A stretch of DNA of 64,000 nucleotides from an uncultured Gammaproteobacteria bacterium (GCA_964448725.1 CAYVAJ010000005.1:2137-66136), one strand, 5' to 3'. Counted from the stretch's first letter, positions 1 through 11,140 are shown. The notes: generated from the letters alone by a model not told the origin. Numbers and translations are program-made.

Positions 1-36
1 ATTGAGGTAATTACGGCGTTATTAACAGTACCTGTC

Positions 37-513
37 ATGATAACAGTCCTCATTACAAATTTAAATAATCTCAGTTCAAAAAAGGAAGAACACAGTACTC
101 CAGCACCTCAACCAAAGCAAGAAATTATAATCAAAGAAGTGCCTTCTGGAGATTCTGCACCACAAGCAGGGGCTTCTGCAAAACAACTCACGCCTGATAG
201 CTGTAAGAAAGAAGTTGGACCGGTTACTATTTCTTATCCAAAAGAGGGACAAGCAGTTGATGAAAACCCGCTGAATATTATTGTGAATTATGATGATGAC
301 ACCTACTGCTCTGTTGTCTGGTCATACCGAATCAATAACGGTCCATGGTCAGAATATAATAGTAGTTCTATTTCTTTTTATGATATGCCAAGCGGAGAGA
401 AAAAATTAGACCTGCGAATTCAAAGTACAGTGTCTCAAGACCAAGAAATGATTTCACGGACATTTACCTACACGAACTCTTCTACTCCGGTTGCAACCCA
501 ATCGGCTGAATAA
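37..513 (+). CDS. hypothetical Cys-containing exported/surface protein; may extend upstream of the window
   Basis: ORF-track ORF with no recognisable family. Pro/Ser-rich N-terminal region. Confident genes flank it. Confidence 0.3.
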   Translation: MITVLITNLNNLSSKKEEHSTPAPQPKQEIIIKEVPSGDSAPQAGASAKQLTPDSCKKEVGPVTISYPKEGQAVDENPLNIIVNYDDDTYCSVVWSYRINNGPWSEYNSSSISFYDMPSGEKKLDLRIQSTVSQDQEMISRTFTYTNSSTPVATQSAE

Positions 514-538
514 GTCTACATGAACAAATACAAGCCAT

Positions 539-2200
539 CTATTTACTTCTTTTCTTCTTCGTCTTAGGATCTAACTCAAACCATAAAAATCGATGTCCTG
601 TAAGGGTAAAAAGATATGGACGCTCTTTTATTCTGGGAAATAATACGTCACCGATCATTTCTTTCGGTTTGATTCCAAAATATTCTGACAAATCAAGCTG
701 AAAATATTGAGGTTTACGTGATAGATTGAACACACACAGTACATCTTTTTCTTTATATGTTCGGATAAATGCTAGAATACTTTCATTTTCAGGTGAGAGG
801 ATCTTAATTCCTCCTCTTCCAAATGCTTTTGTTTTTTTACGCAGCTTAATAAGTCCCCGAGTCCAATTTAATAACGAATATGGAAGACGTTCCAGAGTCT
901 TTACATTAACTGATTGATAATGAAACATTGGGTTTTCAATTATGGGTAAGTATAACTGTTCTGGATCAGCCTGCGAAAAGCCCGCGTTTCGATCAGGAGA
1001 CCATTGCATAGGAGTCCGTACTCCATTTCGATCACCTAGAAATACATTATCACCCATACCTAATTCATCTCCATAATAAATAACTGGTGTACCAGGCAAT
1101 GCAAAAAGCAATGCATTTAATAACTCCAATGTCATACGGTCATTATCAACAAGTGGAGCTAGTCTGCGCCTAATTCCTACGTTAATTCTCATTTTTGGAT
1201 GCTTTGCATACTCGTTATACATATAATCCCGCTCATCATCAGTTACCATTTCAAGCGTCAGTTCATCATGATTGCGTAGAAACTTTGCCCACTGGCAACT
1301 GGGAGGAATATTTACTGTCTGTTGTAAAATGTCGACCACAGGATTACGATCTGCTTTTCTGATTGCAATAAATATTCGTGGCATTAGTGGAAAATTAAAT
1401 GCCATGTGAAACTCATCTCCTTGCCCAAAATATGGAATTGCTTCAGTCGGCCATTGATTTGCTTCAGCCAGTAGGATTGCTTCAGGATAATCGCGGTCTA
1501 ACATTGCGCGTACTTCCCGTAAGTATGCATGGGTCTCTGGAAGGTTTTCACCAGTAGTTCCTTCTTTTTCAAAAAGATATGGCACTGCATCACACCGAAA
1601 TCCATCCAGCCCCATATCAAGCCAAAATCGGACGATATTTTCCATCTCTTCACGGACATCTGGATTTTCATAATTCAGATCAGGCTGATGACTGAAGAAA
1701 CGGTGCCAATAATATTGCTTGGCAATCGGGTCCCATGTCCAATTAGAGATTTCAGTATCAACAAATATGATCCGTGCATCCTGATATTTTTTATCAGTAT
1801 CAGACCATACGAACCAATCACGTTTAGGTGAATTAGGATCCTGTCTTGCTTCCTGAAACCAAGCATGATCTGATGAGACGTGATTAAAAACCATATCTGC
1901 AATCACCCGTATACCCCGTCTGTGTGCCTGCTTTATAAAGCGTTTAAAGTCGTCCAACGTTCCATAATCAGGATGGATATTATAAAAATCAGCCACATCA
2001 TACCCATCATCGCGTAATGGAGAAGGATAAAACGGGAGCAGCCAAATACAATCTACTCCCAGATTTTTCAAATAGTCGAGACGTTGAGTGAGCCCAGCAA
2101 AGTCTCCAACTCCATCGTTATTACTATCAAAGAATGATTTGACATGCACCTCGTATATGATTGCATCTTTATACCACAAAGGGTCTTGCTGTTTTGCCAT
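539..2200 (-). CDS. treS: trehalose synthase / maltose alpha-D-glucosyltransferase (GH13 alpha-amylase family)
   Basis: N-terminus [29 protein letters not shown]...[23 protein letters not shown] plus the GH13 catalytic regions (MVFNHVS, GFRCDAV, EANQWP) are typical of TreS. ATG start and TAA stop. Confidence 0.8.
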   Translation of the reverse strand: MAKQQDPLWYKDAIIYEVHVKSFFDSNNDGVGDFAGLTQRLDYLKNLGVDCIWLLPFYPSPLRDDGYDVADFYNIHPDYGTLDDFKRFIKQAHRRGIRVIADMVFNHVSSDHAWFQEARQDPNSPKRDWFVWSDTDKKYQDARIIFVDTEISNWTWDPIAKQYYWHRFFSHQPDLNYENPDVREEMENIVRFWLDMGLDGFRCDAVPYLFEKEGTTGENLPETHAYLREVRAMLDRDYPEAILLAEANQWPTEAIPYFGQGDEFHMAFNFPLMPRIFIAIRKADRNPVVDILQQTVNIPPSCQWAKFLRNHDELTLEMVTDDERDYMYNEYAKHPKMRINVGIRRRLAPLVDNDRMTLELLNALLFALPGTPVIYYGDELGMGDNVFLGDRNGVRTPMQWSPDRNAGFSQADPEQLYLPIIENPMFHYQSVNVKTLERLPYSLLNWTRGLIKLRKKTKAFGRGGIKILSPENESILAFIRTYKEKDVLCVFNLSRKPQYFQLDLSEYFGIKPKEMIGDVLFPRIKERPYLFTLTGHRFLWFELDPKTKKKRSK

Positions 2201-2330
2201 GAATATACGATATTATCAGAGAAAATTAAGATCAACGTAAGAATTGGTTGGCATGATTATTACATGAATCTTATCTCATCCATACAGCTTCTATATAGTA
2301 ATTAACCATTATCAAACTAGTTTTGATTGT

Positions 2331-2822
2331 ATGGCAAAAAGTACTACGAAAACCACAATACAGTTAGATGAGGATCTCAATCTCCAATCATTATTTTGGA
2401 AAACACAACGATTTGGCTGGATCATTTTTGCATTTATTCTTGCAGCCGCCTTTCTCGGTTTTACCGGTACAGGTCCGCTCAATAATACAACAGCTGAAAA
2501 CCAGAGTTTACGTATATCCTATCACCCATTTGCACGTCAACTCACCGCAACTGACTTAACAATACAGATAAAGAACTTGCAAAAGGATCAGGCAAGTTTT
2601 TGGATTGATCAAGATTTTTTAAATAAATACCAAATACAAGGTATTACTCCTGAACCTGATGAAGTAACTATTGATGGAACAAAACTGCAGTATCAGTTTA
2701 AGCAAAGGAGTACTCCTGTTGAGATCACTTTACATCTCCAACCCCAGCAATTTAGTTTTATTCAGGGAAAAATCGGACAAGCAAATGAAGAACTAACAGT
2801 TCGTCAATTTGTATATCCTTAA
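2331..2822 (+). CDS. hypothetical membrane-anchored protein
   Basis: One N-terminal TM helix (WIIFAFILAAAFLGF). No family recognised. Divergent from treS. Confidence 0.4.
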   Translation: MAKSTTKTTIQLDEDLNLQSLFWKTQRFGWIIFAFILAAAFLGFTGTGPLNNTTAENQSLRISYHPFARQLTATDLTIQIKNLQKDQASFWIDQDFLNKYQIQGITPEPDEVTIDGTKLQYQFKQRSTPVEITLHLQPQQFSFIQGKIGQANEELTVRQFVYP

Positions 2823-2828
2823 AAACTT

Positions 2829-3281
2829 ATGGATTCAATACTACGTGCTCTTACAATTTATTTTTTTGTACTGATTATCTTTCGCATCTCTGGTAAACGA
2901 ACACTTGCTGACGTGACTACATTTGATTTTGTACTTCTCCTCATTGTCGGAGAAGCAACACAACAGGCATTACTTGGAGATGACTTTTCTATCATAAATG
3001 CTGTCATCGTCATTACAACCCTTATCTCTGGAGAAATCATATTATCGCTTGTTACGAGAAAATCAAAAATGATTGACAAATGGATTAATGGAGTACCTCT
3101 CATTCTCCTTGAAAATGGCAAACCTTTAAAAGACAGAATGACGAATGAACGAGTAGAAGAATCAGATATTCTAGAAGCTGCCCGACGTCTCCACGGGCTT
3201 GAAAGAATAGATCAGATCAAATATGCAATATTAGAAAGAAACGGTGGCATAACAATTATTCCATACGATCAATATCGGTAA
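2829..3281 (+). CDS. DUF421 (YetF-like) membrane protein
   Basis: Two N-terminal TM helices followed by a conserved C-terminal segment (GEIILSLVTRKS...ILLENGKPLKDRMTNERVEESDILEAARRLHGLERIDQIKYAILERNGGITIIPY), as in the YetF/DUF421 family. Confidence 0.6.
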   Translation: MDSILRALTIYFFVLIIFRISGKRTLADVTTFDFVLLLIVGEATQQALLGDDFSIINAVIVITTLISGEIILSLVTRKSKMIDKWINGVPLILLENGKPLKDRMTNERVEESDILEAARRLHGLERIDQIKYAILERNGGITIIPYDQYR

Positions 3282-3297
3282 CAAAATTTTATACAAG

Positions 3298-3783
3298 TTA
3301 TTCTGATGCAAGGTATTTTTTGGTAATGAGAGGGAGTTGCTTTTTTACCCATTCTGCCATTTCTTCTTCTTCATGTAAAAAACCTTCACATACTTTTGCT
3401 GTTTCTTCATCTCCAAGTTCTTCTGCAGCAGTAATAAGTGACAGGTATGAGGCAATTTCAAAATGCTCTGTTGCAAAAATAGCAAGTGCATCTTTTACCA
3501 TTTTGTCATCTGCAATTGCAGTAGACATTCCTTGTATAGCTCCCATAATATTGGCACCAGCTGATTTAACTTGAGATACATCTCCTCCTAAACGCTCAAT
3601 ACATTTTTTAACCTTATCTGCTTGATTTTTAGTTATTTCAATATGCTCTTGTACTTTTTCTTTTACTTCTGACATCTCATCTAATTGATCCACTTGACGC
3701 TCCAAAGTTTCGACAATACTCTCTTCCATTGCGTACGCATTATTTAACCATCGGATTAATATATCTTTTTCTGTGTTATCCAT
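3298..3783 (-). CDS. ferritin-like DUF892 (YciE/YciF-type) protein
   Basis: Helical acidic protein. The pattern NAYAMEESIVETLERQ...ATEHFEIASY resembles YciE/YciF-type ferritin-like stress proteins. Confidence 0.5.
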   Translation of the reverse strand: MDNTEKDILIRWLNNAYAMEESIVETLERQVDQLDEMSEVKEKVQEHIEITKNQADKVKKCIERLGGDVSQVKSAGANIMGAIQGMSTAIADDKMVKDALAIFATEHFEIASYLSLITAAEELGDEETAKVCEGFLHEEEEMAEWVKKQLPLITKKYLASE

Positions 3784-3861
3784 CTGATATAGATAATATA
3801 GATATTGGGTAAGAAAGGAAAATAAGTGGGGTAAGAGCTTTGTGAGGCTTTAGAAATCTTT

Positions 3862-5214
3862 CTATCCGGCTGTTACTGCAACCGTTGTTTCCTCTGTTGT
3901 CTGAGTATGCTCAATGTTATAAAATTTCATCTTGTCTCCCTTAAATAGCAATTCTTTCTCGCCTGTTGCACCATTTCTGTGTTTTGCTACAAGAACACGA
4001 ATAATGCGCTGCGGAGTCATCTCTTCATCAGGGGAATACAAAAACATTACTACATCTGCATCCTGCTCGATTGCACCAGATTCACGAAGATCAGCAAGTT
4101 GTGGTTTTTTGTCTCCTCCACGATGCTCAACTGCACGTGATAGCTGAGAGAGCGCCAGTACTGGAATACGAAGTTCACGAGCAAGATTTTTCATGCTTTG
4201 GGATATATATGAAACTTCCTGATTTCGATTTTCAAGCCGCTTGCCTGGATTTGCCAGCTGTAAATAGTCGATTACGACCATTTTAAGTCCATGTTCAAGA
4301 TGAAGACGCCGTGCTTTTGTCCGAATTTCAGCAACTGAAATTCCAGGTGTGTCATCAATAAAAATTGGATACTCAGCAAGTTCTCCCATTGCAAGAGATA
4401 ATTTCTCAAAATCCTGCTCATTTAACCGTCCTGTTTTTAATTTCCATGCATCAATTTCAGATTTGCATACTAATAAACGGTCTACTAACTCTTCTTTACT
4501 CATCTCCAATGAAAAGATAGCAACTGGATTTTTTTGAGAAGCTACAAACATTGAGGAATTAATAACAAATGCAGTTTTACCAGTACCAGGTCTTGCAGCT
4601 AAAATAAGTAAATTTGAAGGTTGCATACCAGATAATAAATTATCAAGATCTACAAACCCTGTCTCTACTCCACGAAATCTTCCACCGCTCTTATGCAAGG
4701 TATCAAGTCTATCAAAACTTTCAGCAAGCGTTTCCTTAATATGAATAAATCCTTGCTGCACGTGCTCTTGACTAACTCGAAAAATACTCTGTTCTACTTC
4801 ATCTAAAATTTCAGATGCAGCTTTTTCTTCTTGAAACGCACTATCAGTCATCTGAGCACCCAATGCAATCATTGACCGTCTGATATACCGCTCACGGACA
4901 ATTCCTGCATAATGTTCAACATTTGCTGCAGTTGGTACGACATTTGCCAGTGAAGAAAGAAATGCTGATCCGCCTACTTTTTCAAGTTGTTTTTTCTTTT
5001 TGAGAGTGCTGGTAAGTGTCAAAAGATCAATAGGCTTACGCTCATCCCACAATGCCAACATTGCTTCATAAATCATTCTATTAATATCTGAATAAAAATT
5101 ATCAGGTTTGATAAGTTCTGAGACAATCGTAATTGCTTCACGATCAATAAGAAGCGCTCCCAGAACAGCAAGTTCTGCATCGTTATCATGTGGAGGAATT
5201 CGGGTTATTGCCAT
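3862..5214 (-). CDS. dnaB: replicative DNA helicase DnaB
   Basis: DnaB N-domain (AELAVLGALLID), Walker A (ARPGTGKTAF), DnaB motifs (IDYLQL, LSQLSR). ATG start, TAG stop. Confidence 0.9.
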   Translation of the reverse strand: MAITRIPPHDNDAELAVLGALLIDREAITIVSELIKPDNFYSDINRMIYEAMLALWDERKPIDLLTLTSTLKKKKQLEKVGGSAFLSSLANVVPTAANVEHYAGIVRERYIRRSMIALGAQMTDSAFQEEKAASEILDEVEQSIFRVSQEHVQQGFIHIKETLAESFDRLDTLHKSGGRFRGVETGFVDLDNLLSGMQPSNLLILAARPGTGKTAFVINSSMFVASQKNPVAIFSLEMSKEELVDRLLVCKSEIDAWKLKTGRLNEQDFEKLSLAMGELAEYPIFIDDTPGISVAEIRTKARRLHLEHGLKMVVIDYLQLANPGKRLENRNQEVSYISQSMKNLARELRIPVLALSQLSRAVEHRGGDKKPQLADLRESGAIEQDADVVMFLYSPDEEMTPQRIIRVLVAKHRNGATGEKELLFKGDKMKFYNIEHTQTTEETTVAVTAG

Positions 5215-5326
5215 ACTATTTCTTGTAAGGTAGGATATAGGACTTAGGAGACAGGATTAAAGCTTAAAACCGTAACATGAGACCTTCTGTCTTATATCAC
5301 ATCTCTTACGTCTTAAGTCTATTCTT

Positions 5327-5830
5327 TTATTCTTTTCTCAAAACAACTACCTGCCCTTTGAGTGTTTCGTCTATCCTGCGTACATTAATTTTTGTAAGCT
5401 TTTTGCTCTCTGCTGCATGGTCAAGTAACATCGGGTCACCCAGAACCAAACAAATATCTTGTGCAAATGATGAAATTTTTTCAATATCAACCGCATCAAC
5501 TGCCTTAATAATGAGTGCAGCAAATCCTTCTTCATCTTTTATTTTCTCAAATGCAGATGAGGGACCAACAAGTACTTTGAGATTACCATCATCTATGATA
5601 TATCCCATGAAATTTCCGTAGGCAACACCAGTGATGGCTACATCCATAACTTCATAATCTCCTGGTCCGTCAATCACTATACGTTTGTTTGATACAAGAG
5701 TATCTCCTTTTTCAAATGGAGTAATATACAGAACTACTTCTGCATCAGTTTTTACATCAGGATCAAGAACCAATGTAGCTGTTTTAGTTTTAATTTTTAT
5801 ACTGGTATCAGAAAGTCGAGAAATTTCCAT
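5327..5830 (-). CDS. hypothetical protein
   Basis: 167-aa ORF with globular-looking composition. No family recognised. An antisense ORF on the opposite strand was rejected. Confidence 0.35.
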   Translation of the reverse strand: MEISRLSDTSIKIKTKTATLVLDPDVKTDAEVVLYITPFEKGDTLVSNKRIVIDGPGDYEVMDVAITGVAYGNFMGYIIDDGNLKVLVGPSSAFEKIKDEEGFAALIIKAVDAVDIEKISSFAQDICLVLGDPMLLDHAAESKKLTKINVRRIDETLKGQVVVLRKE

Positions 5831-6005
5831 AATAATTACCTTTACATTCTCTCAAACAACCGCTTGTATGCAGTCGTTACTTATGCTATCAGAAACGCGC
5901 TTCCTTGACAAGTCTTTCCTTTTGATTTAATATATGCCTTACTAACCAATCAAAAATTTCAGAAAATACTGATATTTCAAGATAAACAACACCTGCTCTG
6001 TTTAT

Positions 6006-6443
6006 ATGAAGGAACGCTTAATTATTGTTTTTGTTGCTGTCGTAATCGGACTTGTACTCACCACAGTCGGCTATTTAGTATATCAATCTACCCAAATGCC
6101 ACCAGAACCAGGAGAAACTACACAGCCCACTACTCAATCAGCTACTACTCCAACACCTGCTCCCGACACTAACTCTTTTCATGTTATAATAACAGAACCA
6201 AAGCCAGAAGCGATCACTGATAAGCGCACGATAACCGTTAAAGGAACAACAAATCCAGGAAATACCGTTGTCATATCAACCAATCAAGCTGATGTGATAG
6301 CTCAACCAAAAGAAGATGGTTCATTTTCCACTACGGTTACTATTAATGCTGGTACCAATATACTCATAGCACGCGCAATTGATACACATGGCAACACAAC
6401 AGAAGATAGAAGAGTTATAACTTTTGTTGCAGAAGAATTTTAA
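6006..6443 (+). CDS. hypothetical exported protein with Thr/Pro-rich linker and Ig-like beta domain
   Basis: N-terminal TM/signal anchor, then low-complexity TTQPTTQSATTPTPAP, then a beta-rich domain. Confidence 0.4.
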   Translation: MKERLIIVFVAVVIGLVLTTVGYLVYQSTQMPPEPGETTQPTTQSATTPTPAPDTNSFHVIITEPKPEAITDKRTITVKGTTNPGNTVVISTNQADVIAQPKEDGSFSTTVTINAGTNILIARAIDTHGNTTEDRRVITFVAEEF

Positions 6444-6452
6444 TAATTATCT

Positions 6453-7160
6453 ATGAAACAGATTCTTTCAATAATCACACTTCTTACCCTGCTCATCGCA
6501 CATACAGGGACAATTTTTGCTACAAGCGGAGAATCACAAGCGTCTGACTCAGCAGAGATGAAAACTATAGAAAAGATTAAAGAAATGGTTGCAGATAAAG
6601 TATCAAAACTCAATATTATTGAAAAAAGAGGCTTTATTGGAACCGTACAGGATACCTCAAACACACAGATCACTGTACAAGATTTACATGGGAAAAAAAG
6701 ATTTATTGATATTGATGAGTTGACCAAATTTCAAGAGTCAATCGGATCTTCAAAGACTTTTGGAATATCAGATGTTCAAAAAGGGGATCGGCTTGCATTT
6801 GTCGGTCAGTATAATACAGAGACAGAGCGCCTACTCGCACGATTTGTCACGAAAACAGATTCTATTCCTCAGCACATAGATGGAATTGTCACCAGTATTG
6901 ATGATGATGAATTCATAATTACGGTTACTACAGAAAAAAAGGAAAAGATACTAATAGATATAGAGCGATCAACAGATACCCGATCTTACGATGCTAAAGA
7001 AGGCATGCAGGATTCTGGATTCTCTCAAATTAAAACAGGTGAAAAAGTACTTATTGTTGGATTTCCTGATGAAAAAGAAGAGAATCGCTTCTCTGCCTCA
7101 CGTGTACTTCATTTCTTAAGTCCTCAACCAGATACCCCATCCCCAACGGAAAAAGAATAA
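6453..7160 (+). CDS. hypothetical secreted protein
   Basis: Clear signal peptide (MKQILSIITLLTLLIAHTGTIFA). No family recognised. A 13-bp gap separates it from the previous gene, so the two are probably co-transcribed. Confidence 0.4.
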   Translation: MKQILSIITLLTLLIAHTGTIFATSGESQASDSAEMKTIEKIKEMVADKVSKLNIIEKRGFIGTVQDTSNTQITVQDLHGKKRFIDIDELTKFQESIGSSKTFGISDVQKGDRLAFVGQYNTETERLLARFVTKTDSIPQHIDGIVTSIDDDEFIITVTTEKKEKILIDIERSTDTRSYDAKEGMQDSGFSQIKTGEKVLIVGFPDEKEENRFSASRVLHFLSPQPDTPSPTEKE

Positions 7161-7251
7161 GCCTAAAAGGCAAATTCCAAACACCAACTAGCAAAAAGTA
7201 AGGAAATGATATTTTTGGAATATGGTATTATGAACTGGAATTTAAAGACCC

Positions 7252-8640
7252 TTAGATTTTCTTCAGTATCTGCGTTTTTCCGCCTTCACGATCCTTTATG
7301 GTATATCCCATTTCCTCGATCTTTTTACGAAGCTGATCTGATTGGGAGTACAATTTTTGTCTACGCATCTCTTCTCGTTCACGTACCAATTCTTGTACTG
7401 ATTCAGGAATTGAACGCATTGCCTCTACTTGTTCACGAATTTTAAGCCCGAGTACTTCATCCATTGCATACAATGATGCTGCTTTATCTCTATCCGGATT
7501 CTTTGAGCGTAGCATCTCCCACATCACTGCAATTGCTTTTGGCATATTTAAGTCAGTGCTTATAGCATCCTGAAAATCCCTGTCATACTCAATGCATCCA
7601 TCCCCTACTATTTCTGGAAACCCTTGGGCTATCTCATAAATACGTTCAAGTGCCTGCTGTGCTGCAGTTAAACTCTTCCAAGTAAAATTCATCTCCGTCC
7701 GATAATGAGTCTGAAAAGTAAGATATCGAAATGCCAAGGGTGAGATATTTTTTGCAACTACATCATTAATTCTGTAAAAATTTTCTTTAGATTTTGACAT
7801 TTTTTGGTCATTGACCATTAAATGCTCGTGGTGTACCCAATATTTTACAAACTCGACCCCACTGGCTGCTTCAGATTGTGCTCGTTCATTGGTGTGATGT
7901 ACTGGAATATGATCAATTCCACCGGTATGGATATCAAGTGTCGCACCTAAATATTTCATTGACATTGCTGAGCATTCTATATGCCAACCAGGAAAACCTT
8001 CTCCCCAAGGTGACTCCCATCTCAATGCGTGATCAGCAAAACGACCTTTTGTAAAAAACCAAAGTGCAAAATCCTGTGGGTTTCTTTTTTTTGAATCTAC
8101 CACTACATCATCACGGGCTCCTACTATTTTATCTTCTAAATCCTGACCAGATAGCGCAGTGTAGCTCGGAAATTTAGAAATATCAAAATATACTGCTTGT
8201 CCTGTTTTGTATGTATACCCTTTTTCTTGTAGTATCTCAATCAACTCTATTTGATCTGCAATATGCTCTGTTGCTCGTGCAACAATTGTAGGGCGTTTAA
8301 TATTAACGCTATCAGTTGAGACAAAAAAATCTTCTTCAAAAAAGTGAGCTACTTCCAGCACGCTTTTCCCAAATTTTCTTGCTCCTTTCTCAAGCTTATC
8401 TTCTCCAGCATCTGCATCTGATGCTAAATGCCCTACATCTGTTATATTCATAACATGACGAACAGTATACCCATTCGATTCTAATACTCTTCGCAAAATA
8501 TCATCGTTTATGTATTTGCGCATGTGACCAATGTGAGCATAATCATACACAGTTGGACCACAGGCATACATCCTAATTTCATCAGGATCTTGCGGAATAA
8601 ACTCTTCAATAGTGCGCGAAAGTGTATTATAAAGCTGCAT
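7252..8640 (-). CDS. cysS: cysteinyl-tRNA synthetase
   Basis: Class I HIGH (AHIGHMR) and KMSKS motifs. Zn-binding residues conserved. ATG start, TAA stop. Confidence 0.9.
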   Translation of the reverse strand: MQLYNTLSRTIEEFIPQDPDEIRMYACGPTVYDYAHIGHMRKYINDDILRRVLESNGYTVRHVMNITDVGHLASDADAGEDKLEKGARKFGKSVLEVAHFFEEDFFVSTDSVNIKRPTIVARATEHIADQIELIEILQEKGYTYKTGQAVYFDISKFPSYTALSGQDLEDKIVGARDDVVVDSKKRNPQDFALWFFTKGRFADHALRWESPWGEGFPGWHIECSAMSMKYLGATLDIHTGGIDHIPVHHTNERAQSEAASGVEFVKYWVHHEHLMVNDQKMSKSKENFYRINDVVAKNISPLAFRYLTFQTHYRTEMNFTWKSLTAAQQALERIYEIAQGFPEIVGDGCIEYDRDFQDAISTDLNMPKAIAVMWEMLRSKNPDRDKAASLYAMDEVLGLKIREQVEAMRSIPESVQELVREREEMRRQKLYSQSDQLRKKIEEMGYTIKDREGGKTQILKKI

Positions 8641-8682
8641 AGGAGTGATTGTATCAGATAATGAACAGAAATTCGAATATAT

Positions 8683-9282
8683 TTAGCATGATCCTACTGG
8701 CACATTAACAGTTACTGATTCAAATCCGAATGAGCGCAAAATAGGAGTAAGTTGCTTTTTCCCATTCTCTGTAGCTTCAGTCAAAATTCCTGATTCGCAT
8801 GCTGCTTGTCTTATGGTTTCCTCTGCTTCAAGTCGAGCCGCAGATTCTAGATCTTTATCACCACGATTTAGCAATCCTTGCTGACGGTCATACACGCGTG
8901 ATTGTGCACTATCCAGTCTGACAAAAAATATCTCAGGCTGGGGAAGCATGATTGTTACTGCAGAACCTGAGATAGATATATCATCTTGCGTAAGTTGTGA
9001 TAAATCAAATCCAGCAATTACTTGACCATGTGCGATAAAAAGCAAACGATCCCCAAACAATAGATTTTGGAAGGCATTCCCTGACGTACCTGCATCTATA
9101 ATTTTTTCAATTGTAAACTGTGCAGTTTCCAATCGGTTAAGAGACTTCATTTCTTTGACAACTGCTGCCCCACTACGGAACTCATACTGATCACTAATTC
9201 TTGACCAAATAAAAAAACTAATAGCACCAATTGCAATAACAATTGCCAGCGTAAGAATAGGCTTGGAATATTTCAGAAGCAT
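8683..9282 (-). CDS. DUF4230-like membrane-anchored protein
   Basis: N-terminal TM anchor plus a domain with TAQFTIEKI...HGQVIAGFDLSQL, which resembles DUF4230. ATG start. Confidence 0.45.
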   Translation of the reverse strand: MLLKYSKPILTLAIVIAIGAISFFIWSRISDQYEFRSGAAVVKEMKSLNRLETAQFTIEKIIDAGTSGNAFQNLLFGDRLLFIAHGQVIAGFDLSQLTQDDISISGSAVTIMLPQPEIFFVRLDSAQSRVYDRQQGLLNRGDKDLESAARLEAEETIRQAACESGILTEATENGKKQLTPILRSFGFESVTVNVPVGSC

Positions 9283-9300
9283 ATGGATATTGTAACAGGT

Positions 9301-9376
9301 CAGTAATCAGTAGTCAGTAATCAATAATCTATAATCTATAATCTATAATCTATAATCTATAATCTATAATCTATAA
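9301..9376. repeat. intergenic heptamer tandem repeat, about 11 units (CAGTAAT-like decaying into 7-8 perfect CTATAAT copies)
   Basis: Directly visible: cagtaat cagtagt cagtaat caataat, then (ctataat)x7-8. Each perfect unit contains a TATAAT hexamer. It lies between the S41 protease stop and the DUF4230/cysS upstream region. Confidence 0.85.
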
Positions 9377-9398
9377 AATTATATCTAATACTGTGAAA

Positions 9399-10679
9399 TT
9401 AATTATTTAGGAGTTCTTGAATTGCACGCTGGAGTTGATTATCGTAAGTTTTACCTTCACTCTGTTCTTGGTTGAACTCAACTTTTATATCAGGCTCCAA
9501 CCCTTTTTCATGTACCCATGTGCCATCTGGAGTGAGCCATTTCGCAATCGTCAAATGCACACTTGCACCAGCATCAACATCTAGTGCTTGTTGAATCGTA
9601 CCTTTTCCAAATGATGTTTCACCGATTAATACTGCTCTGTCATGATCACGCAGAGCACCTGAGACTATCTCTGATGCAGAAGCTGACCCTTTATTGATCA
9701 GTACCACTAGTGGTGTATCAAGTAATAACCCTTTTCGTGAGACAGAAAGCGCTGCTTCACGTCCCGCACCGTCTTCCTGTCGTACAATCACCCCTGAGTC
9801 AATAAATTCTGAAGCAATAAATACTGCATCAGTTAGATAACCACCTGGATTATTTCGTACATCAAGAATTACCCCTTTAACGTTCTGGTTTTTTTTCATC
9901 TGACTATACACTTCATTTATTTTTTCAATCCATTCATCATTTGTACGATCACCAAACTGTGAAACTCGCATATAGGCAACAGATGGACAGGTATCACATT
10001 CAGGAGCAGGATTGCATTGATTATTGTTACATTGTACTTTTTGTACCCATGCAGTAACACTGTCAATAGTAATCGTGTCACGGGTTACTGTTATTACTTC
10101 TTGTTTTTTGTCTTGTTCATGCAATACAGTAAGCTTTACCTGTGTTCCTTTTTGTCCCCGTATTTTTTCCACTGCTTGAGATATTGTCCATCCAGCAGTT
10201 GTTTCATCATTTACTTGTAAGATAATGTCACCACTCCGTATCCCTGCTTTTTTTGCAGGAGAGTCATCAAGTGGAGAAATAACAGTAATTCTTTTATCAG
10301 ACGTCATCCCCAGTTCTGCACCAATACCTGAAAATTCACCTGCCATTTGTGTTTTAAATTCTTCATTTTCTTTTGGTGGGAAAAATGATGTGTATGGATC
10401 ATCAAGACTCTCAAGCATTCCTGAAACAGCCCCATATATCATTTTTTGCGCATCAACTTTTGATTTATCATAATAATCGCGATTAACCTGCTCTATTACG
10501 TTATATAGGAGAGAAAAATCAATTGATTGTGCCTCAGGGGGAGCTTTCGATTCAATACCGATAACGGGTCTATAATTTGCCCATGCAAGTTCAACATTAC
10601 GAGTACCATATGCATATCCTGCGAGTACACATACAACCATGAGAAGTATAATCTGAAAACGTTTTAAGTTATTTTTCAT
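9399..10679 (-). CDS. ctpA: S41 family C-terminal processing peptidase with PDZ domain
   Basis: PDZ segment (GIRSGDIILQVND) and the S41 catalytic region (GVILDVRNNPGGYL, LINKGSASASEIV...GETSFGKGT). The track start at 10691 is a TTG; I used the ATG five codons in. An unusual Cys-rich insert is present (CNNNQCNPAPECDTCPS). Confidence 0.8.
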   Translation of the reverse strand: MKNNLKRFQIILLMVVCVLAGYAYGTRNVELAWANYRPVIGIESKAPPEAQSIDFSLLYNVIEQVNRDYYDKSKVDAQKMIYGAVSGMLESLDDPYTSFFPPKENEEFKTQMAGEFSGIGAELGMTSDKRITVISPLDDSPAKKAGIRSGDIILQVNDETTAGWTISQAVEKIRGQKGTQVKLTVLHEQDKKQEVITVTRDTITIDSVTAWVQKVQCNNNQCNPAPECDTCPSVAYMRVSQFGDRTNDEWIEKINEVYSQMKKNQNVKGVILDVRNNPGGYLTDAVFIASEFIDSGVIVRQEDGAGREAALSVSRKGLLLDTPLVVLINKGSASASEIVSGALRDHDRAVLIGETSFGKGTIQQALDVDAGASVHLTIAKWLTPDGTWVHEKGLEPDIKVEFNQEQSEGKTYDNQLQRAIQELLNN

Positions 10680-10828
10680 GAGGTCACTCAATTCTAAATG
10701 AAAGTATGTATGAAATCAATTATGGAAATTAATAGAAATAATAATTTATAAATAACAAATCCCAAATAAATATCAATTTACAAATTTCAACTTATTTTAT
10801 ACTTGGTGTTGGTATTTTGGAATTTACC

Positions 10829-11059
10829 TTATTCAGGTTTGACAGTAAAAGGAAGAATTGCAAGATACCGAGCACGTTTGATTGCATCAGTAATCTTACG
10901 TTGATGTTTTGCACAAAGACTTGTTCTGCTTCGTGGATGAATTTTACCACGCTCAGATAAAAACTTATTCAGTTCATTCACATTCATAAAATCAGGAGCT
11001 TTTTTTTCCTTACAATATGAACAGTTTGTTACAATTTGTATTTTCTTTGGTTGTGCCAT
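10829..11059 (-). CDS. rpsR: 30S ribosomal protein S18
   Basis: Typical S18 core (RARYLAILPF) in the canonical rpsF-ssb-rpsR order. Confidence 0.85.
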   Translation of the reverse strand: MAQPKKIQIVTNCSYCKEKKAPDFMNVNELNKFLSERGKIHPRSRTSLCAKHQRKITDAIKRARYLAILPFTVKPE

Positions 11060-11140
11060 AATTTCCTTTCAGTTAAATTAAAATGCAAAAATCAAAATTT
11101 CAATTTTGCTTTTACTTCTCACTTTTGCCTTTTAACTATC

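Noticed and set aside
726-1902. Antisense or alternative-frame ORFs inside treS (726-917, 1529-1831, 1675-1902)
   Set aside because: Fully embedded in a well-supported GH13 gene, with low-complexity translations.
3320-4537. Plus-strand ORFs overlapping the DUF892 and dnaB genes (3320-3574, 3932-4147, 4071-4286, 4349-4537)
   Set aside because: Shadow ORFs opposite confident genes. Ser/Cys-rich, typical of antisense AT-rich coding sequence.
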